A DNA stretch of 64,000 bases from Pocillopora verrucosa (taxonomy: Eukaryota): NCBI RefSeq assembly GCF_036669915.1, contig NC_089320.1, forward strand, positions 15,851,874-15,915,873, in the 5' to 3' direction. The notes beneath the pieces are model-generated. The model was not told where the DNA came from. It did no database searches and saw only the letters and a program-made list of their open reading frames with translations. Positions 37,501 to 47,902 of this stretch are shown here, piece after piece (positions within the stretch are counted from its first letter, which is position 1; every line of letters begins with the position of its first letter). Position numbers and translations under genes: made by a program.

Positions 37501-38252
37501 TCTCAAGGGTCTCCACATTTAATAGTTTCATCAGTGAAAAAGAGTTAGGTACTAGGTTAGAGTTATGGCCAATCAGAGCACGCATACTCCCTCAAAACCT
37601 TCCCAAACCAACCAGTTTTTCCAACTGTAAATATTTTTAAAAAGCATTTGACAAACCTCATTAAACTAAGCGGCTAACTGATGATAAATAACATGACATA
37701 ACGACCAGCGCCGTCAAATAGAACGAAATTGGACCTTAGAGAATAACTAAATGTTCCGCTTAGCCAGAGAGGAAGATCCCCAAAAAAAAACCTTCCGTGA
37801 CGAATGATATGCCGACAGGAAGAAGAATTGCAATCATCCGTACGGTTACGTTGATTTTAGTCCAAAAACTTATACAAGGAAGAATCTGCTCTTGCAAGCC
37901 GTTACAAGTCGCGCCAGCTTCCAAAAGCTTTAACAAGAAATGTACTCAGAGAATCCCAAAATTTTGCTTGAACTTTTCAAACTCGTCTAACTTCACGTTG
38001 CATCGATTGGGAAAAATTTAAACTTAAAAGAGTTGTACAACAAAACATTTTGATAGAGTTTAAAACAAGTTTTAAAAACTATTAAACTCTTAAGTTAAGT
38101 GGTTTATGATCGCTTTGTCGATAAAAGTAGCCTGAACGGTTTAATGCGGTCGTTAGATAAAGGAAGTATTTCTCAAAGAACATGGATCAAACCACTGATA
38201 ATATGATGACGGGCATAAATTAAGTACGTATGTTTTCTTTCGTTTTACTCAC

Positions 38253-38373
38253 CGGAGACAACGCAGTTTTGAGGCGGGGGTGGTGTCCATCGCCTCCTCC
38301 GTCTTCTTCTCCATGCCTCGCCTTCCGTGATTAACACCAAAATCAACAGGGGAATGATAAATCGTCGCTGCAT
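38253..38373 (-). CDS. Adhesion-receptor gene exon 1: signal peptide MQRRFIIPLLILVLITEGEA followed by WRRRRRRRWTPPPPQNCVVS
   Basis: ATG at 38373; hydrophobic h-region; CCG|GTGAGT donor (phase 1) matching the phase-1 acceptors of all downstream extracellular-domain exons. Confidence 0.6.
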
Positions 38374-38889
38374 CTTGCTGATGTTTCGCGATGGGACGAC
38401 TTGGTTGCGAGAAAACCGATCTCTCCAACGCGTGCCGCGGAAATTTTTGGCAGTTGTCGGGTTCTAAAAGGTTCGCAGCTGGATCAATCTTGACTTAAAT
38501 TGTCAAGTTTCGGTGTACATAATACCTCAACAGCCAAACGTAATTTCTGGATAATTGATTCTCGTCGAGACCTGTACTCATTAGTAAACTACGCAGTTTA
38601 ATCATGAACTCAGTAAGGAGGTCAATTAGCAATCGTTTGACGTCATAGTACGTAGTACTATTGTGACGAAAATGGTACGTCTAGGGGTGAGATAAGTATA
38701 GAATTAGGACAAAAATAACATTTTTCCGGGTTTAAAAATATAAGAAAGAGAGAAAATTTCGATTGAAATCTTCACTTTATAGTAAATTAATCATAAATAA
38801 AACCAACTTTAGTAAAAATGGAGATTTACTGATAATCTTTTGATCAAACAATGTATGTTACCCACTGTATACCCCCAAGTACAAACATA

Positions 38890-39054
38890 GAGAGCGTCAC
38901 GTCATGTTGAGAGCGCATTACATTGCTCGCGCGGGAAACTTCCTAGCGCATGTTCACTAGCCGCGTCAGTTACCTGCGGTCGCTTGTCGACTTGTCGACT
39001 TTTAGATACTTTAGGAGGTTATAACTTCGCTTTGAGACTGAAATCGGTCGTGCT
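38890..39054. promoter_or_regulatory. Divergent/bidirectional promoter region between the adhesion-receptor gene (minus) and the helicase gene (plus), with an E2F-like GCGCGGGAAA site and a CRE-like GTCACGTCA
   Basis: Two start codons 680 bp apart on opposite strands; TTTCCCGC(GC) reverse complement at ~38930; tgacgtga-like at 38888. Confidence 0.35.
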
Positions 39055-39613
39055 ATGACTTCTTCTTACGTTTTTGTTGAGGGAAAAGACAGCGACAAAG
39101 AGAAGGAAGATTCGGATTTAGAAAGTGGAAGCGAGGATGAAGGCTTCGAAGACGCTGATCAAGATTTTGATTTCGTTCTCAAGCCATCGCGTAAACTTCG
39201 CAATGGTGCGAAGAAAATGCAAGAAATGGAATTTAGAAACGATCGATTTCGTCTTAAACAGGACATAATCCGAGTGCGTGGTAAATTTGATGAGCGTTTT
39301 TCTCATCCTTGGTGGAGAGTGGAATTCAAATTGGACGCGTCGAAATCTTCGACGAGCTTTAAGCACGCTACTTCACTGCCTTCGTACAGTATTCGAACGG
39401 ATGACGATGTGAATAAAAGCTTGCTGTCGCAGTTCCTCACCACAGGTTGTGAAGTGAATGATCAACACGTCACGATATTGCTGGAGTTTCTTGAGAGAAA
39501 AAATTTGAAACCCACATTTGAGGATCTGGTTAAAAACTTGGAGAAATTTGCTGAAACCGACAAAGAGGGTCACGACATTGCTGAGCAGATTAGAGCAGCG
39601 CTGGACCGTAAGC
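39055..39613 (+). CDS. HELB-like helicase gene exon 1: acidic N-terminal region (MTSSYVFVEGKDSDKEKEDSDLESGSEDEGFED…ILLEFLERKNLKPTFEDLVKNLEKFAETDKEGHDIAEQIRAALDRK)
   Basis: ATG ORF; perfect C|GTAAGT donor at 39614 whose phase-1 overhang joins in frame to the acceptor at 40220. Confidence 0.55.
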
Positions 39614-40220
39614 GTAAGTTTAAGTATGTTCTATGCTAATTGTGTTTATATATTTATCCCTTTCACTCCCAAGTTCTCATTAATAGTTCTCCTTACTGTC
39701 TGCCATACAAATAATGTTAGTTTGGGGAGTTTGGTAGTGGACCACATTGTGATATTTTTCCTCATTCTTATCACTTGTCTGCTTTATATTTTTTATATAT
39801 TGTAAGAGAAATTCTGTCTGGTCACTCATGGAAGTGAAATGGTTAAACAAGAGAGACCTAGTATAATTTGCACTATGAAATATATAATTTCACAAACTGT
39901 TTATTACCCACACTGTCTTTTTCTATATTATTCTGTTCACTAGTGTTTAGACGTCTGATATATTTGTCTGGACTGGATGGGTTTAGAGGCTCCATTTGGC
40001 TTTAAAACAAAGTATTCAACCATATCATTCAATAACTGCTCAATTTTGACCAGCAAATTTACATTTTTAGAAACTAGCCATGGACCTGTTGGGACAGAAG
40101 CATTTCAATATTTCAGCTTAATAATCCACCATCCACTATAATTTTTATTGTGCCAATGTTTCATGGTTCAACTGTTACATGTTATTATTATTTCTTTTTT
40201 TCACTTTTTCATCTTAATAG

Positions 40221-40762
40221 CAACTGGTAAAGCCTTCGCTGTTCCTTTGTTTACCAAGTATGCTCATCAGCTGTTTCCTCGTCGTGTTTGTTCAATCTTT
40301 GAGGAATCTTCTAAGGAAGAGCTGGAAGAGCTTAATGAGGCCTTAAATAAAGAACCCTGGGTTTTTGGTTATTGGAGTGTTCTCAAACAAAGATTTAATC
40401 TCTCAAGCTGTGAGGTAAAGCTGAAATCATTTGAAGACTGCAATCTACTTGACCAAATGCCAATTGCCAAGCAAGATGCATTGCACATATATAATGCCCT
40501 TTCACGATTGCTTCGTAAGTATGGCCATACTTATGTAGAATTCAAGATGCTGACAAAGGAGCTAAATGGAGTCAGAAACTGGAAAAAAAGTCTTGACTAT
40601 TTGAGAGAAATTGATGTTGTAGGGACTTCTGAAGACCATCTGGGTGACAATCGGCATGTCTTTTTGACACATGTTCGTCGTTATGAAGAAGGAATTGCAA
40701 GAAATGTTGTTGCAGTCATGGATGAAAAACCTTGGACAAGTAATGTGGAGATTGATGAGAAA
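40221..40762 (+). CDS. HELB-like helicase exon 2 (PTGKAFAVPLFTKYAHQLF…LREIDVVGTSEDHLGDNRHVFLTHVRRYEEGIARNVVAVMDEKPWTSNVEIDEK)
   Basis: atcttaatAG acceptor; AAA|GTAGGT donor; phase 1 in / 0 out. Confidence 0.6.
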
Positions 40763-40804
40763 GTAGGTTCTGATTGTGCAACATATCTTCTAAAAGTACT
40801 GTAA

Positions 40805-41470
40805 AATTCTGAAAATAAGCCCCTCTGTGTATAAGCCCCTCCATATAGAAGCCCCCCAAAACTGAAACGCAAAAATACCTCCTATAATATGCCCCTCCAA
40901 ATATAAGCCCCCGAGGGCTTGTTAAGCAATGTGGTCAACTAGTGTTGAAGTTTATTGTCTTTTATGCAGTTCGCTCTTCACTCACACCTTGAATTCCTTT
41001 GGTCCATAGACAAAGTATTTGCAAGGAAGTTCAATCCCACCACCCTGAACCCAAATTCCTTCTGGTGCTCCTCACTTTTCACCTATTATCTTTGTGGTGA
41101 TAGAATGTAATGTTCCATCTTTGAGCATGGGAAAATCTGTGGCAGAGGTTCCTGGATGAAACTGAGCCTGAACTACATTACCATTTTTACTGAATTTCTG
41201 TTCTGATAAAGTTTATTGCTATTGTGTTTGAACTTGGCATTTTCAGTGTGATTAATTTGTTGCAAATTTCTAGCCAAAACCCTAATATTACCAGTTGCAC
41301 ATTCAAAAATTTTGACACAAATTTCCCTTCAATTATAAGCCCAGCCAATTTTGGAATGCAATTTTCCCTCCTATAATGAGCCCTTCCGAAATATAAGCCC
41401 CTTCCAAAAATAAGCCCCTCAAAAAGGCCCTTTGAAAAATATAAGTCCCAGGGCTTATTTTTGGAATTTT
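40805..41470. repeat. Two copies (40810-40925 and 41335-41465) of a degenerate '(A)TAAGCCCCT'-motif repeat block in helicase intron 2
   Basis: ataagcccctctgtgtataagcccctccatatagaagcccccc… / …aatgagcccttccgaaatataagccccttccaaaaataagcccctcaaaaaggccc…. Confidence 0.6.
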
Positions 41471-42056
41471 ACTGTAGTTTTAACACCTTTCCACACATCA
41501 GGTGGCCCATAAGTCTTTCCCACTACACAATATAACAGGTTTGTTAAGCAGAAGGGTGCTGAGAAAAAAGATAAAAATATCTACTTGGGGATGTGTTTTG
41601 ATTTTAACTCCAAATTATCAAAAGAGAACGATACAAGAAATGCATTAAAGACAGCAAGGAAAATTAATTTTGAGAACCTGACAGGGAGAGGGTCAAGTTA
41701 CAGTACATGTACATGTAACCAAAAGAACTATGCAACTCAAAAATGTATGTATGATGTATGATGATTGTGTAGTTGGGGGTAGAGGACATGCAAGTAAATT
41801 TTGTAGAGGGGTGTCAAACCCCCCCCCCTCCCCATCCAAATTCCTGAGCATATCTATATAATCATCTATGTAATCACTTTCCACTATTGACCAGGAAGGT
41901 ACATGATTCATATAGTATAGTTAAAGTTATATCTCTCGTGCACAGTTCACAATTTCATCCCAGAAATGTCTAATGTATTGAAATGGTGCAGAGAAGACTA
42001 GAGAAGCACTGAGGTTTAACCGTATTGTACTGTTTCCTATACTTTATTTATTACAG

Positions 42057-43304
42057 GTATTTAATGGTGATATAGACCAAATTCATGCAGCCCAACTCAT
42101 ATCAACAAAGCCAGTTGCTGTGCTCTCAGGTAGGGGTGGCTGTGGTAAGACATTTGTTGTGTCAGAAATCTTGAAAAAGGTACTAGAGGAAAAAATGGAA
42201 AATTTCCACCAAGAGAACCCTGTAAATTCATTTGAAACAAATATGGACACCTCTGAAGGGCAAGATAAGCATGCAATCATTCGGGATTACCCTGATGATT
42301 ATGAAATCACTGAAACTGATCCAGGCAGTAAAGAAGATGAAACTTCATCTCATAATGTTGACAAGAAACTTAAAGAGGTAAATGAAGAAGTTTTGCTAAC
42401 TGCACCAACTGGCAAGGCTGCCTCCATCCTAGGGAAAAGAATTGGGATTCCTGCACACACACTGCACTCAGTCATCTTCACATTTCTCAACTGGAAGAAT
42501 CAGGTTGGAAATGTCAATGATTGGAAATTCAGCAAAGTTCATCTTCTAGTGTGCGATGAATGCAGTCTGGTGTCGGTGAGGGTGTTCTACAAGCTGATCA
42601 GCATTTTGCGTCAGTATGCCCATCTTAAACAAGTGATTCTCTTGGGGGATGTAAACCAACTTCCATCCATTGAGCCTGGGAATTTTCTGGGTGATATCTT
42701 CCACACATTGGAGAAAAATGGCTTCTGCATCACTCTGCAAACCAACCACCGATCAGATTCAGAGCTTATTGTTCAAAATGCTGGAAAAATATCAATGCAG
42801 CAGATGCCATTTTTTGATTCAGAAAGAGGTTTCTTCTCAGTTGAATACAATTCTAATGTCGACGGTGAGAGTATCACTGTCACTGAAATTATTAAAGACA
42901 TACTGAAAAATGAGGCAAACCCTTTTATCCTGCCCAAACCTGAAGCCTCTCAATTTGTTACATTGCGACGAAAAGACTGTGACAACATCAATGAACTATG
43001 TGCTCTCCATTACAACAAACACTGCATCAAAGACCACCGTGGGAAACTGAAATTTGAAATTGGAGACAAAGTTTGTGTAAGGCGTAACATGCTGTGTCTT
43101 GATCAGTATGAAAACGAAATTGTCAAGATTTGTAATGGAGAGATATTCTTCATTAGAGATATCATTCAGGAACAAGACGAAAGGAGCAAAAAGAAAATTT
43201 TTTACTGTCTAGACGATGGTGAAAAGATAATAAAGGTTGATTTCAAGACACTGAAATCAGCCAAACTGAGTCATGCTTGGGCAAGAACCATTCACACATT
43301 CCAG
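42057..43304 (+). CDS. HELB-like helicase exon 3: SF1 helicase core with Walker A 'AVLSGRGGCGKT', motif Ia 'LLTAPTGKAASILG', Walker B 'LLVCDECSLVS', 'LLGDVNQLPSI', motif V/VI 'AWARTIHTFQ'
   Basis: ttattacAG acceptor; CAG|GTAGGA donor; motifs characteristic of the RecD/HELB/PIF1-type SF1B family. Confidence 0.85.
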
Positions 43305-44310
43305 GTAGGAGCTCTTTCTAGCAAACTGGAAAATTAAAATCAAATAACGCAAATTTAAAGAAGTTATCTTTAAATTAGCAACCACCTAACAACAACCTGT
43401 GTTGAAGAATGGAGGAATGTAACAATAGCTGCAGTGGCACCTTTTACCCCTTCACTCTCAGTAAAGAAATGATTTATGCGCAGGTTTTTGTGGAAAACAT
43501 AGACCTCATATCTGATTCTGTTGCCAGGTTTGGTGGTACATCAACTTTCAATTTAGTTTAGAAAGTAATTCAGAATTGTTTTCATTTTGTGTTACCTTAC
43601 TCTGTGATTGGTCTGGAAGACTTTCGCCAGAATATCAACCAATCAGATGCAAAACAAACACCAATTTTAGCAACATTGCTGAGCCTCTTCTTCTGATGTT
43701 TACCTCTTTTCCAGGTGTTGACTAGGTTACTCCAGTTCTTGCATAAAACGAAATCCAACCCTTCTCTTGTGATGACCATAGGGGGAGAGTAGATTTGCTT
43801 GTTTGACATGCCCAATTAAATTCTCACATGTAAATGTAAAGGATTGAAAATTATACAGGTTTAGAGAGGTTAACCATTAACTCCCAAGATCTGATTCTTA
43901 CTGCTACACATTTCCTTGTAAATAAGTTACAAGAATTTGGTGTTAGATCAAGATAACAACTACCTGATACATTTGAGTATTCTCATTACCTGTTTACTGG
44001 ATAGTGCATGGATATTGTCAGGAGAGGTTACTTGTTAATCACCTCTGGGAGTTAAAGGGTTAAAGAGTCAATGTTTTGGGATCAATGTCGGTATCTAAGC
44101 AACTGTGTACCTACCCCTCCCCTGACTCAACAGCAGTCATCTGATAACAAGTTAGGGCAGTAGCCCTTTACAAGTAAGGGCTCCTGGCTTGGGTTTATGT
44201 TGGGTTGGGGGAGGGGTAGATGCCTGGTTGCTCTGATACTGACATTGATCCATGTTTTGTATGGATTCTGTCTTGAGACTCAGTCTAATACTGTGCCACA
44301 TTTTTCTTAG

Positions 44311-45333
44311 GGCTCAGAGTGTGACACAATTGTCTATGTGGTGGGAAATCCGTTTTACCAGAACTGGCAGCATGTGTACACGGCGATCACCCGTGGCGTG
44401 CGGCAAGTTGTATTGGTTTACAAGCACATTTCCTTGTCACGTGCCGTTACGTCACTTCCTGTACCGCGTAAGACTAAATTGAAAGAAGACATGGTGAAAG
44501 CTCTGAGAAACCAAAATCAGCTTAATAAGCTTGATGGGGTGAAGACCAACGCCCAAATTGCCCCAGATCATGGAGATGGTGTCGCGGTTTCTCTCCTGCC
44601 CTCTGATGACATGAAAGAGGCCACTGTAAGGTCAGTACTAGAGGCTCACTGCGAAGATCAACAAAGGGTATTAGGGGAATGTTCTTCAGGAACATCATCC
44701 TCCTTCAGCGCTGCAAGATGTTCAGAGGATTTTTGTATCTCAAACAAAAATCTGAATATCAAAAATCACCAGAAGGAGCAAGAAGACACGAGCTATGTCC
44801 TTGCTCCAAATAGAGATCGATCCTCTCACGAATTGGCCGAAGACTACCGTCAAGAAATGGCTGTGGTTGCTGCAGAGGCCAGAGACTCCCAACAGATCTC
44901 TGGTGGTTCCCCTCTGAAGGTAAAGTGTGGCTTGGAAGCCATTTTTGAAAGTCCGGGCGGCAAAAGGAAACATCCAGAAAACGTCAAACAGGACGGCCAG
45001 GATATCTTGGACTCAAAGATCTATCAGAGCCCGACGCAAAAAAGAAAGTACCCTGAAGGCATCACTCCTTTATCTCCTCCGCAAACGCCACCTTACCTTG
45101 GAAAATTTCCATCGTCTCTTTCATCATTTAGCCCCTTGAGCCAGACCTCAAGAGAAATAAAGCAAGCCGCTGATAAAAAGCCAGCTATCACAGGAACTAC
45201 TGCAAAATTCAACACCAAGTGCAAGGTCTGCGGAGGTCCAATTCATGCTGGCAAAGACCAAATAACTCATCTCTTCGATGGCTCCAAAAAATCTTGGATT
45301 CACGTTAGGTGTTCAACCAGTGATGCGCAGTAA
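44311..45333 (+). CDS. HELB-like helicase exon 4: motif VI 'GSECDTIVYVVG…YTAITRGVRQVVLV', S/P-rich low-complexity tail with several S/T-P sites, C-terminal zinc ribbon (CKVCGGPIHAGKDQITHLFDGSKKSWIHVRC); stop TAA at 45331-45333
   Basis: tttttcttAG acceptor in phase 0 joining TIHTFQ|GSECD; long ORF. Confidence 0.85.
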   Translation, partial: GSECDTIVYVVGNPFYQNWQHVYTAITRGVRQVVLVYKHISLSRAVTSLPVPRKTKLKEDMVKALRNQNQLNKLDGVKTNAQIAPDHGDGVAVSLLPSDDMKEATVRSVLEAHCEDQQRVLGECSSGTSSSFSAARCSEDFCISNKNLNIKNHQKEQEDTSYVLAPNRDRSSHELAEDYRQEMAVVAAEARDSQQISGGSPLKVKCGLEAIFESPGGKRKHPENVKQDGQDILDSKIYQSPTQKRKYPEGITPLSPPQTPPYLGKFPSSLSSFSPLSQTSREIKQAADKKPAITGTTAKFNTKCKVCGGPIHAGKDQITHLFDGSKKSWIHVRCSTSDAQ

Positions 45334-45534
45334 GCACCGACAAAAACGTCGAAAAGAAGATGATATCGAGGCTTTTGAGCGATTTAAAAATGGTAAATGA
45401 AATCTGTCCCGTTGGCAATTGAAGTAGTTCTTAGAAGTTGCAGTTATCAACTTTCTTTTGTTTTAAAAATGAGACATGAGTAAGTGCAATATATAGATTT
45501 AGCCAAGCCTAAAAAGCGGAGCTCACTTTTTTTT

Positions 45535-45690
45535 TCCCCGCACGTCTTAAGGGCACAACGCCTTGTCCCGGCCAGGACTGGAACCCGGGTCGTCCGACTC
45601 GGAGCTCAGTGCACTGACCACTAGACTACTGGACAAAGCTGTGGCGTTGGTGTGCCCGCGGTACAGTTGACCACGCATGTTAAAAGTAGC
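45535..45690 (-). repeat. tRNA-derived SINE-like element (minus strand A box TAGTCTAGTGG, B box GGGTTCCAGTCC)
   Basis: Minus-strand reading …AGTCTAGTGGTCAGTGCACTGAGCTCCGAGTCGGACGACCCGGGTTCCAGTCCTGGCCGGGAC…. Confidence 0.4.
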
Positions 45691-46231
45691 ATCTCTTTCT
45701 TAAGTCCAAATTTTTTCGGCTTGATAGGTTAGTACTATTTTGTATAATTATGGGGCTACGCTCTGCGAGCTCCGCTATAATTTTTGGAAAAATTTACGTT
45801 GGGTTCTACTGTTGGAGTGTGTTAAGGGTAATTGTTGTTGCTTCTAGAAATCTCCAGACTGCTGAGTCATGCTGACTTGCATACCGTAGAACTTTCCAGA
45901 ACATTTCATTAAGTCATTTGTTATGTAATAATACTAAAACAGTTCTTATGTAAGCTTCTGGAATGTTCGAAAACACTTTGTGAATTTATATAAAGACTCA
46001 TGTGGTACTGGGAGAAGTTTTTGTTGTCAGTGCGACGAGAGAGAGTTACTGTGGAAGATTGCTTATTTCAAGGAACTTTGGAGTCTGCAGTGAGATTGTG
46101 TCAGTGGTGAGCTAGGATATAGACTGAGCTGTGCTTAAGTAAGTTTATTAACGATAAGTATTATACTGCTTTTAGAGGTCGCTCCTTGTTAAGAACATTA
46201 CTCGCTGTTTAATAAAGAAGGTAATTTAGTA

Positions 46232-46325
46232 TTAACAACTGAGTTGAAAACGTCAATTGGCCACCGTCAAGAGTAAAAAAGCTGATGTTTCGAGCGTTTG
46301 CCCTTCGTCAGAGTGATTGGAGGAA
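46232..46325 (+). repeat. Family 1 repeat, partial copy
   Basis: CAACTGAGTTGAAAACGTCAATTGGCCACCGTCAAGAGTAAAAAAGCTGATGTTTCGAGCGTTTGCCCTTCGTCAGAG. Confidence 0.65.
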
Positions 46326-46806
46326 TTGTGGGTTGTGTGTGGGTTTATATGCAGAAAGTGGAGCTACGCTATTGGTGAGAGTGGGATTGTAATGTTTTTC
46401 TGTCGGTTAAATTATACCGCAACAGAATGTGATTCTTTTTACCGTGGAATAGCAAAATTTTTGACAGGAAAATTGTCTGAAAGAAATATCCTGATTGGTC
46501 GCCTATTAAGCGCAAATTTTACTCTTTTACTTTTCTATATGCATTTGAGTTTTAGTTGGTAAAACTTCTTACATCAGGTCATTTACCTATATTTTACAAG
46601 TAAGTCGACTTTCGTGTTTAAACATGAAGAAGACATTTCAATTCGATGTTATGGAAGATCACGCTACTTTCACGCGTTATGCGTTCCATGCTCCCATCAG
46701 AAACTGTAATTATAATTTTTAATGCAATCAAATGAAAAAGATTAAAAAGATTATGAAAAGATTCCTCCACAGGAAAGAAGAATCTTCAAAATGTGTCCCG
46801 CTCCTA

Positions 46807-46885
46807 AGATGTGGCTTTGTAGCTCAGTTGGTAATAGTGACCGAATCGTATCTTGGAGGCTCGAGATCAAATCCTTGAATTTTTC
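46807..46885 (+). repeat. tRNA-like sequence (GTAGCTCAGTTGGTAA … GGCTCGAGATCAAATCC); degenerate, probably a SINE head or tRNA pseudogene
   Basis: A-box/B-box-like motifs but D-stem and T-stem do not pair canonically. Confidence 0.3.
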
Positions 46886-47740
46886 GCGGGCTTCTTTACT
46901 GCATTTGCTTAACAAGCAGCTCACCTGCGCTGATAATTGCTATACTTAAAAACTGTGATGTTATTTGTTTCTGCGTTCTCCGAACGGCTAAAAACGCTTC
47001 GAAGTCTTCTAGAGAATTGTCCGTGAACGTTTACGGTCCAACCTGTATTTCCAAGAAAACTAGCTAAAACTCAAGCTGTTTTAAATAAGACGAACGTGTG
47101 TAGTTAAGGACTTCGCGATAACGGTTGTTGCCTGCGCAGATAAACGAAATTGGTACAAGATGCATTCAGTTTACTATGGCAACAAAGACGTTTGCTTTCT
47201 GGAACTGAAACAAAAATTTGCGAAATCGTCGATTCATCGGTGAAGACATTCTTGTTCTTGAGGTTGTACGAGTCAATGTCAATGTCAGCTAATCGGAATA
47301 TCACAAGATATGTGCAGAGCTGCAAAAATTGAAGTAATTTGGCGACACCTGTTTTTCGATTTACAGTCTCAAGATCGCCTTTTCGACGGGCTGTAACCGG
47401 AAAGGAAGTTAAAGGAAATCCACCCTTTTCTAGAATAAAAAGAAAACCTTACCTCTCGGCTCAGCAATTTTTTTACATCTGGCTCCACACAACAAAGTCA
47501 CTGCTCCATTTTATATAACTGCGCCTCTTTCCACTACGCATAAATATACATCCAACTTGTTCGTTCTGCGAGAAAAAGTAATGTTATATTGTGACGTCAC
47601 AATAAAGTTTACAACTGAGGTGCGCGAGATGAATGAGTTGGTCCCAGACCGCCTGCTTTTTTTACAGAGGACGAAGAAATTTGGTCTGGTCTCGAGATTT
47701 ACAAAACGCACATTATTGAGGGAACGTTTGGCGAAATACA

Positions 47741-47762
47741 TACATACATACATACATACATA
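47741..47762. repeat. (TACA)n/(TGTA)n microsatellite, probable 3' tail of the LINE
   Basis: catacatacatacatacataca. Confidence 0.7.
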
Positions 47763-47902
47763 ACTTTATTTGATAACGCAGGTTAAAATTTGCGCAACTT
47801 TACAGCTGATGTGGACCTGCCTAAACTAATTAGTCTATAATTATATAAAATACAGATATGATAAAATTTATAAGTTGAATAAATCAAGTAAACCATAAAG
47901 TT

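Noticed and set aside
46807-46885. Possible genuine tRNA gene
   Set aside because: A-box and B-box-like motifs are present, but the acceptor, D and T stems do not pair canonically. Treated as a degenerate tRNA-derived repeat.
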